64,000 bases of DNA, taken from Armatimonadota bacterium. GTDB taxonomy: Bacteria; Armatimonadota; SYMT01. The DNA lies in contig JBKBRF010000007.1 in the NCBI GenBank assembly GCA_046292385.1, forward strand, positions 48,728 through 112,727, read 5' to 3'. Of this stretch, positions 37,516-46,635 are shown piece after piece (the stretch's first letter is position 1; the number at the start of each line of letters is the position of its first letter). The translations under genes were made by a program, and so were the position numbers. The notes beneath the pieces are model-generated. The model did no database searches, was not told where the DNA came from, and worked only from the letters and a program-made list of their open reading frames with translations.

Positions 37516-37748
37516 AGGACGGAGTGCAGAGGACGGAGTGCGAACGCGGCTACTGCTTACGCGGCCTCACCCCCGTCCCCTCTCCTGAACGGAGAGGGGA
37601 GCTATGGGTGTGGGGCTCGAGAGCCGATCGTCGTCGGGTTTTCTGCCGCCAGGTCTGCTGAGTAAGAGGAGGAGTAGGAGTGGTTGTGCACGGGTGGCGC
37701 AGCCGGACCGGCACAGACCTACACCCTACCCCCTAAACCCTATCCCCT
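37516..37748. repeat. Cluster of intergenic repeats: 12-bp direct repeat, CCCCTCTCC..GGAGAGGGG REP-like hairpin, hexamer and heptamer tandems
   Basis: AGGACGGAGTGC x2 (37516, 37530); CCCCTCTCC-TGAAC-GGAGAGGGG; gagtaagaggaggagtaggag; cctacaccctaccccctaaaccctatcccct. Confidence 0.65.
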
Positions 37749-37753
37749 GCCCG

Positions 37754-38905
37754 CTAGGGCAAAGGCATCGGCTCCAGCGACATGCCGCCGTCGGTCGGCT
37801 TCACCACCAGGAGCTGGCGGTCGGCCGCGGTGTAGGCGCGGGCGTCCTTCAGCGACTCGACCGCCTCGATGCCCGGGAATGGCGTCATCCCGCGGTCGCC
37901 GCGGTCGGCGGTCGTCTTCTCGTTGACGGCGCTCGTCTCCATGGCGATCTTGCGGTCGACCTTCAGCACGCCGAACCGGCTGTTGTTCAGCAGGAGCGAC
38001 TGCTTGCCGGGATCGCCGTAAGCAACCATCGCCATCGGGCGGTTCTGGCTGCCAAGCTCCGCCACGGTGACGCCGGTGACGGTGGCGCCCGGCTTCAGGT
38101 CGTCCAGGTTGAACCGTACCACGGGGGTGCAGACGTAGGCCGCCATCAGGTACTCGCGGTCGCCGTCGCGGTAGACCGTCAGCGTCTGGATCGGGGAGGC
38201 GGTCTCCTGGCGCTTGTGGCTGACGTGGTAGATGGAGGTGGCGAACCGCTCCACGCCGCCGTTGAACGGCACCGGCACGGAGATCAGGTTGGAGTCGAAC
38301 TGCTCCTTGGAAAGGGAGGCGACCAGGAGCCGGCCCTTCGCGTAGGCGAGGTCGGTCACCAGCCGCGGATCCCGTCCCTTCGCCGCGTTGAGGCTCACGC
38401 GGGCGAACGGCTTGCTCGCCAGGTCGACCGCCGTGATCTCGCCGGAAGGGGCAACCGAGAAGAGCGCGTAGTTGGCGGGGTCGGCCGGGTTGTTGTCCGC
38501 ACCGTCGGTCTTCCGCACGGAGAGGTAGACCGCGTGGGAGACGGGGCTCACCGCCAGGTCCTTGATCTCGATCCCCGCGGGGGTGGTGCCGAGCCGCGCC
38601 GCGAGGGTGGCGCCCAACTCCGGCACGCGCGCATACGGCGCCGCCTGGGAGCGGGTCTCCGCGAGGTCGACCCCGTAAATCGCACCCGCCTGGTCGTCCG
38701 CGAAGAAGAGGACGCCGCTGGGGCTGAAGGCGAGCGGCCCGATCGACTGGTGGTCCCAGGCGCCCTTGCTGAAGCCCCGGGTGAGAGCGTCGCGAGACTC
38801 CGCGGCCGGCGCGGCCTGGGCGCGGGTGGCCATGCTCCACCCCGCGGCGCCCAGGACCAGCGCGCCTGCCGCCACCGCCGTGGCACGAAGAAGCTGGCTG
38901 CGCAT
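37754..38905 (-). CDS. Secreted hypothetical protein (probable beta-propeller)
   Basis: GAGGAG SD, signal peptide; SIGPLAFSPSGVLFFAD, IKDLAVSP, YHVSH and AAYVCTPVV motifs. Confidence 0.85.
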   Translation of the reverse strand: MRSQLLRATAVAAGALVLGAAGWSMATRAQAAPAAESRDALTRGFSKGAWDHQSIGPLAFSPSGVLFFADDQAGAIYGVDLAETRSQAAPYARVPELGATLAARLGTTPAGIEIKDLAVSPVSHAVYLSVRKTDGADNNPADPANYALFSVAPSGEITAVDLASKPFARVSLNAAKGRDPRLVTDLAYAKGRLLVASLSKEQFDSNLISVPVPFNGGVERFATSIYHVSHKRQETASPIQTLTVYRDGDREYLMAAYVCTPVVRFNLDDLKPGATVTGVTVAELGSQNRPMAMVAYGDPGKQSLLLNNSRFGVLKVDRKIAMETSAVNEKTTADRGDRGMTPFPGIEAVESLKDARAYTAADRQLLVVKPTDGGMSLEPMPLP

Positions 38906-39199
38906 CGATGATCTCCTCGAGCGGTCGAGAGTCTCCGCGCCGCAGCGGGAACACCGCGGGGGAGAAGCCGCTCGGGACAAGGTTCGCCGCCTGACACGGG
39001 GCTCCTGCGTGGGTTGTGCTCTGAGCCGGACTCGATCCGCGGCGAAAAACCGGCAGTCGGACCGGCTTCCCGGCGCTCCCCCGGTGCCCTCTCCACGTAA
39101 AACGAGGCAGCAGGGGTCGGGAAAGCGCCCAACCGCCCCTGCGGTACCACTCCTGAATAACCCGGGAGTCGATCGCTCGAGCGCAGCCTGTGGAGTGCC

Positions 39200-39802
39200 A
39201 TGACGAAGAGGATCCTTCTACTGCTCGCCTTCCTGGCGGCCAGTCTCGCCACCGTGGGAGCGCTCCTGAACGCCGCCGCGCCCCGGCAACTGCTCTCGGC
39301 AGCGGAACGCGGGGACCGGCGGTACGTGGCAGCCCTGCTCGATCGGGGAGTGAGTCCAAGCGTCAGGGGCAGGTTTGGCGGCACCCCGCTGACGCTTGCG
39401 GCGGAACACGGGCACCTGGCCGTGGTGGAGGAGTTACTGGAGCGGGGCGCATCCGTAGACGAGGCGGCGGAGGATGGCACCACCGCCCTCCACTTCGCGG
39501 CCCAGGGCGGGCACACCGAGATCGTGGGCCTGCTGCTGAAGCGCGGGGCAGACCCTAACCGGGAGTCCCGCGGGTACTGGACCCCACTTCTGACCGCCGC
39601 GGCCGGCGGGCACACCGGGACCGTGGAACTGCTCCTGGGAGCAGGAGCCGACCCCGATGCTGCCACGGCTGATTGGGAGACCGGGGCCGATCTCGCGGAG
39701 AGCTTTGGTTACAAGCAGCTCAGCGCTCGCCTCCGTCGGGCGCAACGGGAGCAGGAGCGGCGTCGAGCCGCAGTTGACAGGGCCGCAGCCGGCAAGAAGT
39801 GA
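39200..39802 (+). CDS. Secreted ankyrin-repeat protein
   Basis: GTPLTLAAEHGH, GTTALHFAAQGGH and TPLLTAAAGGH repeats. Confidence 0.92.
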   Translation: MTKRILLLLAFLAASLATVGALLNAAAPRQLLSAAERGDRRYVAALLDRGVSPSVRGRFGGTPLTLAAEHGHLAVVEELLERGASVDEAAEDGTTALHFAAQGGHTEIVGLLLKRGADPNRESRGYWTPLLTAAAGGHTGTVELLLGAGADPDAATADWETGADLAESFGYKQLSARLRRAQREQERRRAAVDRAAAGKK

Positions 39803-39913
39803 TGCCCTACGCGGAAGACACGCTGACCGAGGCGGCCCGGCGTGGGCGCGAAGAGCCTCCTGGCCCCCGATGCGAATGCGACCCCTTTCCCCTCCAGATG
39901 GTTCGGACGCGGG

Positions 39914-40303
39914 TCATGGCCTCGCCCCATGCTTTCGGAGCAGGCGGATCATCTCTGGATTCTTCCGGCGGCGGGCGATCGACAGCACCGGCTGCGCCCA
40001 CCGGCCCGTCGACTGTGGGCTCGCACCCCGACGCAAGAGCTCTGCGGCAGCCTCCAGGTGCCCGAGCCGCACCGCCTCCGACAGCGCGGAGTAGGAGTAG
40101 TTGTGCATCGGCCATGGATGGTCGTACCGGGCGTTCGGGCTGGCTCCTCGCGAGAGGGCGCGGCGGAGCGCCGGAATGTCGTTCCGCATCACGGCGGAGA
40201 ACAGCTTCTCGTCGGCCGCGTGCTGCCGCTGGCCGAGGTAGCAGCCGCGCACCCCGATGAGCACCGCGATCAGGACCAGAGAAAGCAGGATGCCGCGCCG
40301 CAC
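39914..40303 (-). CDS. Small membrane-anchored ankyrin-repeat protein
   Basis: N-terminal TM; LFSAVMRND..LSRGASPN and SALSEAVRLGHLEAAAELLRRGASP. Confidence 0.8.
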   Translation of the reverse strand: MRRGILLSLVLIAVLIGVRGCYLGQRQHAADEKLFSAVMRNDIPALRRALSRGASPNARYDHPWPMHNYSYSALSEAVRLGHLEAAAELLRRGASPQSTGRWAQPVLSIARRRKNPEMIRLLRKHGARP

Positions 40304-40319
40304 AAATCTGGATCTCCGA

Positions 40320-41249
40320 TCAGCGGCCGCGGGGGCCCTGAACCTCATACGGCAGGAGGTCCAAGAAGGCGCTCACCGTCTGGAATAACGTATCCGGACC
40401 GCAGAGTTGCTGCTGGAGAATCTGGCTGTCCTCGTACAGATCCACCTCAAAGCGGAGGGTGGCACCCCGCGCACCCACCAGTACGTACCGGGTCTGCTTC
40501 CCCCACGGTTCAGCCGAGATCTTGAGCGCGTAGAGGGAGAGGGTGGCCCAGAATCTGTCAGCCGCGCCGCTCGCCTCCAACTCCTTCACCAATCGCGCCA
40601 GCGGCCCCGCGGGGGGATACGGTGGTGCCTCTGCCGCACGCCGCTCATAACGCTGGCGGGCTTGGCCCCACGAGTCACGGCGCTCCTCTGCCTCCACGAC
40701 TGACGCCCGGGACGGTTCCACGCCGGCGGACCGTTGCGGGCTCGGCAGGAGACTGAGCCCGATTCCCGGCCGGTCCGGCTCTTCCGGTCGATACTCGAGG
40801 ATGATCCGGGTGCAGTCGTTCTCACAGTACACGCCGGGATGTACCCACTCATCCCCTGGTGGAGGCGTGTCCGGACCCACGAAGAAAAGGGGCTGGTGAC
40901 ATACCTCGCAGAGCACGGACTCCCCACGGACTACCGCAGCGATCCTCTCCATCGTTCGCACTGTGCCGGGCTTGAACCAGTCCCGCTGCTCAGCCAGCTC
41001 GCGCAGCCCTGCGAGTCGCTCCGCATGGCTTGGACGGTTCACCCGCTGCTGGCACCTCGGACACTTCCAGAGCGTAGAGCCTCCGATGAACACCGCGTCC
41101 CACGTCTCGGGCGGTGCGTTGCGGTCGAAGTTCCCGATGGTCCAGCCGCGCTCCCGCTTCAGGTCTTGGAGGAGATCGTCCGTTACTTCCCCCGGGAGCA
41201 GGTAGAGCCCGCACGCCGGGCAACGGGGATACTCATCTTCCTCGTCCAT
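40320..41249 (-). CDS. Hypothetical multi-module protein with several CxxC motifs
   Basis: CPAC, CPRC, CEVC and CENDC motifs; distinct C-terminal domain. Confidence 0.65.
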   Translation of the reverse strand: MDEEDEYPRCPACGLYLLPGEVTDDLLQDLKRERGWTIGNFDRNAPPETWDAVFIGGSTLWKCPRCQQRVNRPSHAERLAGLRELAEQRDWFKPGTVRTMERIAAVVRGESVLCEVCHQPLFFVGPDTPPPGDEWVHPGVYCENDCTRIILEYRPEEPDRPGIGLSLLPSPQRSAGVEPSRASVVEAEERRDSWGQARQRYERRAAEAPPYPPAGPLARLVKELEASGAADRFWATLSLYALKISAEPWGKQTRYVLVGARGATLRFEVDLYEDSQILQQQLCGPDTLFQTVSAFLDLLPYEVQGPRGR

Positions 41250-41441
41250 GTGGGCTCACCCCCGCGTCGAGTGCCGCGTCAGTGCTGCCAAGGCGCTCCT
41301 CCGCTTCCACCGGACCACCCGACCCGCGATGTGTGGCCACGGTGGTTTCGCGCCGAGCTGGCGCCGGACCTCGGCTCGCGAGCCGCTCCCGGCTCTCCCC
41401 GGATCTCCCAGGCCGGTTCAGACCAGATTACCTGGCCGCGA

Positions 41442-41750
41442 CTACTGCCTCTCCCGTCGGACGGCACGCCAGTGCAGCCAGATCCCGATCGCCAGCATCC
41501 CGGACGTGAAGAGCAGATACCCCACCGCCCGCTCCGGAGGCCTCACCTTTACCACCGTTGCGTCCGTATCGAAGAGCAGGAAGAAGTAGACTGCGAGCCA
41601 GATTGCCGCGATGGAGTAGGCGAGAAGGTTCGGGAGAGCCGCCACTCTACGCTTTCGCAGTTCGCGTCGAAAGACGACCAGCCAGGCGAGCCAGATCGAC
41701 CAGAAGATCCACACGCCCGGGTTCGACACGTAGTTCAACACGGTTTCCAT
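41442..41750 (-). CDS. Small hypothetical membrane protein (3 TM)
   Basis: Three hydrophobic, Trp-rich segments. Confidence 0.7.
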   Translation of the reverse strand: METVLNYVSNPGVWIFWSIWLAWLVVFRRELRKRRVAALPNLLAYSIAAIWLAVYFFLLFDTDATVVKVRPPERAVGYLLFTSGMLAIGIWLHWRAVRRERQ

Positions 41751-41932
41751 AGCGTCAGCTTTCATCGCGCGGGCCGAGGCTCCACCGGGGAATTTACCCT
41801 ACCCCGCCGCCGGAACCTGCCCAGCGGCGAGACCGCTCGGCCCTATCCCCGGGGTGGCGCGAGGACGCACCAGCGGCTGCCGTGGTGGTCGAGCTCCAGG
41901 TGCGTCCCGTCTCCGGACCAGGTGAGGTTCCG

Positions 41933-42046
41933 TCAGAGCAGGGGGCGCAGGGTGCCGCGGCGCGCGGAGACGACCTGCAGACCGATCGGAGAGTCCGAGG
42001 TCTGGCCGACGTGGCGTCGGAAGCTTTCCGAATGGGCGTTGGACAT
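41933..42046 (-). pseudogene. 5' stub of a class-III (acetylornithine-type) aminotransferase gene
   Basis: Manual translation MSNAHSESFRRHVGQTSDSPIGLQVVSARRGTLRPLL* resembles the F..HVAQTS..P.GL.V..A.G N-terminus of this family. Confidence 0.45.
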
Positions 42047-42272
42047 GGGCTGTGCGAGGTCGGGCGTGAGGCGGCCATGCCTCACGCAAGCTTGTCACTC
42101 GGCGGTGCGGCCGTGGCTCCCGGTGCGCGGGCGGCGACTCGACCGAAGTGGAGCTCCTCTTCGAAGATAGGGCATCAGACCGGGTGATCGCAGTCCCCAC
42201 CCCGGCGCTCTGAACGGCGACGGCTGCCCCTCCGCGGGGGATCGGGATCTCCCCCGAAAACAGGCGCCGCCG

Positions 42273-42305
42273 CGTCACTTTTCCGTCATTTTCCCCGGCT
42301 ACGAT
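42273..42305 (+). promoter_or_regulatory. OmpR/PhoB-type direct-repeat box plus -10 element
   Basis: CGTCAC-TTTTC-CGTCAT (11-bp period), 10 nt upstream of TACGAT; pho-box-like geometry. Confidence 0.55.
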
Positions 42306-42389
42306 TAGGTCAACGGCTCGGCTCGCCCGGCACTCTGCCGTGGGGAGCCCTGGGCCGCGGTGACCGGATCAGCCGGTCGGAGAAAGACG

Positions 42390-43115
42390 ATGTTGCCGTT
42401 CGCTTCACCCCGTCGGACGGAGCGGCGCCGTCCGTCCGGGTTCACGCTGGTCGAGCTGCTGGTGGTGATCGCCATCATCGCGATCCTCGCCGGGCTCCTC
42501 TTCCCCGTTCTGGCGCAGGCGCGCGCGAGCGCCCGGAAGTCGACCGCCCTGAGCAACCTCAAGCAGGTCGGCACCGCCCTCGCGATCTATACCGCCGACT
42601 ACGACGACCATCTGCCGAGCCGGTGGCCGATCTGGAACGGATACAGGCCGTTCTTCTGGAGGGTGGACGGCGGCGATCTTCCCACGCTCCTGAACCCGTA
42701 CGTCCGGAATCGAGCGGTCTGGTACAGCCCGGAGGACCGCCGGTCGAGCCGCGGCGTGACCAGCTTCATTCTGAACGCCGAGCTGGCGCCCGGATGGCAG
42801 ATGTCGAAGATCGGCAGGCCCGCGGAGGCGGTCTACCTCACCGACCGCACCGATCTCGACCTGCTTTCGATCGGCCCGGACGAGGACCCGCCGGCCGAGT
42901 ACTTCTGGTGGGAGTTCTGCGACCCGCCGCTCGACCGGGGACCGGCGGACCTCCCGCGTCCGTACGACGACCTGATGGTGGCGGTCCAGATCTCGCCCCG
43001 GCGCTACGTGGGCGATGTCGGCGCCTACCTGTTCGTCGACGGCCACGTCCAGGCGCTGCCGTTCGCGAAGACGTGGGGTGATGCCTCGACCAACCTGCAC
43101 TACCCGTTCAAGTAG
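42390..43115 (+). CDS. Prepilin-type N-terminal cleavage/methylation domain protein (DUF1559-like)
   Basis: [29 protein letters not shown] and YLFVDGHV motifs. Confidence 0.92.
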   Translation: MLPFASPRRTERRRPSGFTLVELLVVIAIIAILAGLLFPVLAQARASARKSTALSNLKQVGTALAIYTADYDDHLPSRWPIWNGYRPFFWRVDGGDLPTLLNPYVRNRAVWYSPEDRRSSRGVTSFILNAELAPGWQMSKIGRPAEAVYLTDRTDLDLLSIGPDEDPPAEYFWWEFCDPPLDRGPADLPRPYDDLMVAVQISPRRYVGDVGAYLFVDGHVQALPFAKTWGDASTNLHYPFK

Positions 43116-43127
43116 AAGAGAAGGCCC

Positions 43128-43331
43128 GTGGAAGAGAGGAATAGTATGATGCGTGTATGGATGCTGAGCGTCGGGGTGATCCTGCTGGCCGGAACGCTCC
43201 TCGGGGCGCTCTCCGGCTGCGGGCATGACCCGAACCACGACATCGACATGGAGCAGGCCCGGAAGGCCGCCGACCGGGTCCATCCGCCCCCTCCGCCGGG
43301 AGAAAAGAGGATCCCGGGCCACGGCGGATAA
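43128..43331 (+). CDS. Small lipoprotein
   Basis: Lipobox LSGC, Pro-rich tail, sits within the operon. Confidence 0.75.
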   Translation: MEERNSMMRVWMLSVGVILLAGTLLGALSGCGHDPNHDIDMEQARKAADRVHPPPPPGEKRIPGHGG

Positions 43332-43345
43332 CCGCGGAGGAGCCG

Positions 43346-44041
43346 GTGCGTCTATTACTCGTCGAGGATGAAGCGGCGATCGCCTGCCGGACCCGCGAGA
43401 GTCTGGAAGAGGCGCTCTACACGGTCGATTGGGCACGCGACGGCGTCGAGGCGCTGGCGCTGGCCCGGGAGCGGGAGTATGCCGCCATCATCCTCGACCT
43501 GATGCTGCCCGGCGTCGACGGCTGGGAAGTGTGCCAGACGCTCCGGCGGCGCCGCGATCCGACGCCGATCCTGATGCTCACCGCCCGCGGCGCGCTGGAG
43601 GACCGGATCCGCGGGTTCGAGATCGGCGCGGACGACTACCTGCCCAAGCCGTTCGAGCTGCCGGAGCTGCGGGTCAGGGTGCGGGCGCTCATCCGCCGCG
43701 CGGCGGTCCACCGGACGCGGCTGATCCGGATCGCCGACCTGGAGATCGACACGGAGGCGCGGCGCGTGAGTCGCTCCGGCCGGGAGATCCCGCTCACGCC
43801 GCGGGAGTATTCGCTCCTGGAGGCGCTCGCCCGCAACGAGGGACGGGTGCTCTCGCGCGAGTATATCCAGGAGCGGGTCTGGCACGACGACGAGAGCTAT
43901 TCGAACACGATCGCCGTCCGCATCCGGCAGCTCCGGCAGAAGGTGGACGACGGCCACGCCGTCCGCCTGATCCACACGGTCTACGGCCAGGGGTACGTGC
44001 TCCGGGCGCCCGAAGCGGAGGAGGACCGTCCCCCCGGATGA
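43346..44041 (+). CDS. OmpR-family response regulator
   Basis: LLLVEDE, DLMLPGVDG, GADDYLPKPF, LTPREY and IHTVYGQGY motifs. Confidence 0.96.
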   Translation: MRLLLVEDEAAIACRTRESLEEALYTVDWARDGVEALALAREREYAAIILDLMLPGVDGWEVCQTLRRRRDPTPILMLTARGALEDRIRGFEIGADDYLPKPFELPELRVRVRALIRRAAVHRTRLIRIADLEIDTEARRVSRSGREIPLTPREYSLLEALARNEGRVLSREYIQERVWHDDESYSNTIAVRIRQLRQKVDDGHAVRLIHTVYGQGYVLRAPEAEEDRPPG

Positions 44042-44241
44042 GCGCGCTCGCGCGGACGGCAGGAACTCGGGTGTCTACCGCTGAACAGAGAGGCACTACT
44101 CTAACGGCCAGCCGAAAGTGCGCCAATACCGCGCCCGATTTCGACTGCGCCGGCCTCATCGGGACCTGGTCCGACATCGTCTCCACAACGGCGCAGCCGT
44201 GGCTATCGTGGAACGGTAGTCCGTGGGAAATAGTACTACGA

Positions 44242-45453
44242 ATGAGCGCTGCCCGCACGTCTTCCCCTCCGGCGAACCGGACGCTCGCCAACGCGAAAGC
44301 GGCCAGGAAGGACGAGTTCTACACCCGGTACTTCGACATCCAAAAGGAGGTCGAGGCCTACCTGGAGTTCGACGCCGACACCTTCCGCGGTAAGGTCGTG
44401 TATTGCAACTGCGACGACCCATTCGAGAGCAATTTCTTTAAGTACTTCGCCGCTAATTTCAACAAGCTCGGTCTCAAAAAGCTCGTCACCACCAGCTACG
44501 ATGGCTCCCCGATCGCCGGGGGGCAGCTCGCTTTGCCGGAGTTCGACGACGGAAACAGTAAGCGAGAAAGACCCAAGGCAATCGCCGTCGAGATCGAGAA
44601 TGTGAAGGATGTCACCGGAGACGGCGCAACCGGCATCGAAGACGTCAAGCTCTTCCTAGAGCAGAACCCCCACACCCGCACTCCCCTCGCGGGAGGCGGC
44701 GACTTCCGCAGCCCTGAGTGCGTCGAATTGCTCAAGCAGGCGGACATCGTGGTTACTAATCCGCCTTTCTCCCTCTTCCGGGTGTACGTTGCCCAGCTCG
44801 TCGAGCACCGCAAGAAGTTTCTGATCATTGGGAACACGAACGCGATCACCTACTTGGAGATTTTTCCGCTAATCAAGAACAACAAGCTTTGGCTCGGGTG
44901 CACCAACTTCAATGTTGGTATGTTTTTCGAGGTGCCGGATGACTGGGAGCGCTTTCACCACATAGACAAGGAAACCGGGAAGAAAATCGCAAGAGTGTCT
45001 ACTTCGTGCTGGTACACAAACCTGGATCACGGTCGCCGACACCAGCCTCTTAATCTAATGACCATGGCGGAGAATCTTAAGTTCAGTAAAAGTTTGAGAG
45101 GGAAGGCGGCGTATGATCGATACGACAATTACGACGCGATAGAGGTCGCAACCTACAAGGAGATCCCAAGCGACTATAATGGCGTCATGGGCGTTCCTAT
45201 TACCTTTCTTGACAAATATAACCCTGACCAATTCGAGATTGTCGGAAACAGCGATGATTCAGGTATGATGCGTGAGATTGGAGTCCGTCCTCTCGGGCGC
45301 GAGTTCATAAATGCATATCGCGCCCGTGGCGGTACTGGACACTACAGTCCGGCCATGCGGATGCTCTGTCTGCAGGAGCCGCAACCGCGGATAATTTTCA
45401 AGCGCATTCTGATTCGGCACCGCACTCCGCCTGTGATGGGAACGGGAAAGTGA
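44242..45453 (+). CDS. Adenine-specific DNA methyltransferase, EcoRI family
   Basis: KDEFYT, CNCDDPFESNFFKYF, GDFRSPEC, DIVVTNPPFSLF and GVMGVPITFLDKYNPDQFEI motifs. Confidence 0.92.
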   Translation: MSAARTSSPPANRTLANAKAARKDEFYTRYFDIQKEVEAYLEFDADTFRGKVVYCNCDDPFESNFFKYFAANFNKLGLKKLVTTSYDGSPIAGGQLALPEFDDGNSKRERPKAIAVEIENVKDVTGDGATGIEDVKLFLEQNPHTRTPLAGGGDFRSPECVELLKQADIVVTNPPFSLFRVYVAQLVEHRKKFLIIGNTNAITYLEIFPLIKNNKLWLGCTNFNVGMFFEVPDDWERFHHIDKETGKKIARVSTSCWYTNLDHGRRHQPLNLMTMAENLKFSKSLRGKAAYDRYDNYDAIEVATYKEIPSDYNGVMGVPITFLDKYNPDQFEIVGNSDDSGMMREIGVRPLGREFINAYRARGGTGHYSPAMRMLCLQEPQPRIIFKRILIRHRTPPVMGTGK

Positions 45454-46616
45454 AGACCACACTGAAAACTGACATCACCGTCGCCAACATATGTGACGGA
45501 TTTGTCTACAACCAATTGGAAGGCAAAGGTCTGTTTGGGTTGAGCGGAAAACTAACCATTCAGCCGGAATATCAGCGGAACTACATCTATGCCGAGAGCG
45601 GCGGCAAAAGGGAGCAGGCGGTCATCCACTCGCTACTCAATGGGTATCCACTCGGGCTGATCTACTTCAACAAAGTCGGCGAGGACAAGTACGAGGTGTT
45701 GGACGGGCAGCAACGGGTCACCAGTATCGGGCGGTTCGTAACGAACAAGTTCGCGATCATGGACAACGGCCATCCAAAGAACTTCGACAGCCTACCCGCC
45801 GACCAGCGGGCGAAGATCCTGGCCTCGAGCCTACTGATCTACGAGTGCGAGGGAACCGAAAGTGAGATAAAGGAGTGGTTCGAGACAATCAACATCGCAG
45901 GCGTGCCGCTTAACGACCAGGAACTGTTGAATGCAATCTACTCCGGCCCATTCGTGACCCTTGCGAAGGCCGAGTTCAGCAACACCCAGAACGCGAACAT
46001 CCAGAAGTGGAAAGCGTACGTCAAGGGCAGCCCGAACCGGCAAGCGTTCCTTGAGCGGGCGCTGGACTGGGTGAGCAAGGGCGCTATCGGCAGCTACATG
46101 AGCGCGCATCGCAACGATGGCGACATCAATGAGCTGAAGGCCTACTTCAACAGCGTGATCGACTGGGTTTCCGGCGTGTTTATCGACGTTCTCCCCGAAA
46201 TGTGCGGGTTGGAGTGGGGGAGATTGTACGAGGAATACCACAGCCAGTCCTACGATCCGAAGAAGATGTCGGACGAAGTGAACAGGCTCGTCGCCGACCC
46301 CTACGTCATGAACCGCAAAGGCATCTTCGAGTACCTCTTGGGCGGCTCAGTCGATAGTAAGTTGTTGGACGTGCGCGTATTCGACACTCAAGTTAAGCGG
46401 GTGGCCTACGCTAAGCAGACGCAAGCAGCCGAGGCTAAGGGCCAGTCCAATTGCCCGCTCTGCGGGGTTGGGCACGACGCTAACAAGGGCAGGATCTACA
46501 AGTTCGATGAGATGGACGCCGACCATGTTGCGGCGTGGAGCAAAGGCGGCGCAAGCACGGCCGACAACTGCCAGATGCTATGCAAGACGCATAACCGCGC
46601 CAAGGGCAATCGCTGA
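45450..46616 (+). CDS. DUF262 (GmrS/ParB-like) plus C-terminal HNH endonuclease
   Basis: PEYQRNY, DGQQR and FETIN (DUF262); CPLC..DADHVAAWSKGG..NCQMLCKTHNRAK (HNH); GTGA coupling to the MTase. Confidence 0.92.
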   Translation: MKTTLKTDITVANICDGFVYNQLEGKGLFGLSGKLTIQPEYQRNYIYAESGGKREQAVIHSLLNGYPLGLIYFNKVGEDKYEVLDGQQRVTSIGRFVTNKFAIMDNGHPKNFDSLPADQRAKILASSLLIYECEGTESEIKEWFETINIAGVPLNDQELLNAIYSGPFVTLAKAEFSNTQNANIQKWKAYVKGSPNRQAFLERALDWVSKGAIGSYMSAHRNDGDINELKAYFNSVIDWVSGVFIDVLPEMCGLEWGRLYEEYHSQSYDPKKMSDEVNRLVADPYVMNRKGIFEYLLGGSVDSKLLDVRVFDTQVKRVAYAKQTQAAEAKGQSNCPLCGVGHDANKGRIYKFDEMDADHVAAWSKGGASTADNCQMLCKTHNRAKGNR

Positions 46617-46635
46617 CGGCACTATTCGGCTGCGG

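Larger units (their letters stand above)
44092..46627 (+). mobile_element. Lower-GC inserted cassette (methyltransferase + DUF262-HNH) without a mobility gene
   Basis: Abrupt compositional shift; imperfect direct repeat GGCACTA(C/T)TC at 44092-44101 and 46618-46627; splits the RR/HK pair. Confidence 0.7.

Noticed and set aside
38906..39199. Possible cobalamin or SAM riboswitch upstream of the beta-propeller gene
   Set aside because: Hairpins are present, but the diagnostic conserved boxes were not found by eye.
39200..41765. Integron cassette array
   Set aside because: Genes are in mixed orientation, and no attC-like (RYYYAAC...GTTRRRY) sites or integrase were found.
43429..44037. Apparent 674-aa methyltransferase with a long N-terminal extension
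   Set aside because: The upstream part is an alternate frame of the response regulator; plausible starts are 44038 or 44242.
44038..44259. Similar starts MSALART (44038) and MSAART (44242) as a sign of duplication
   Set aside because: Nucleotide identity is limited to ATGAGCGC; probably coincidental.
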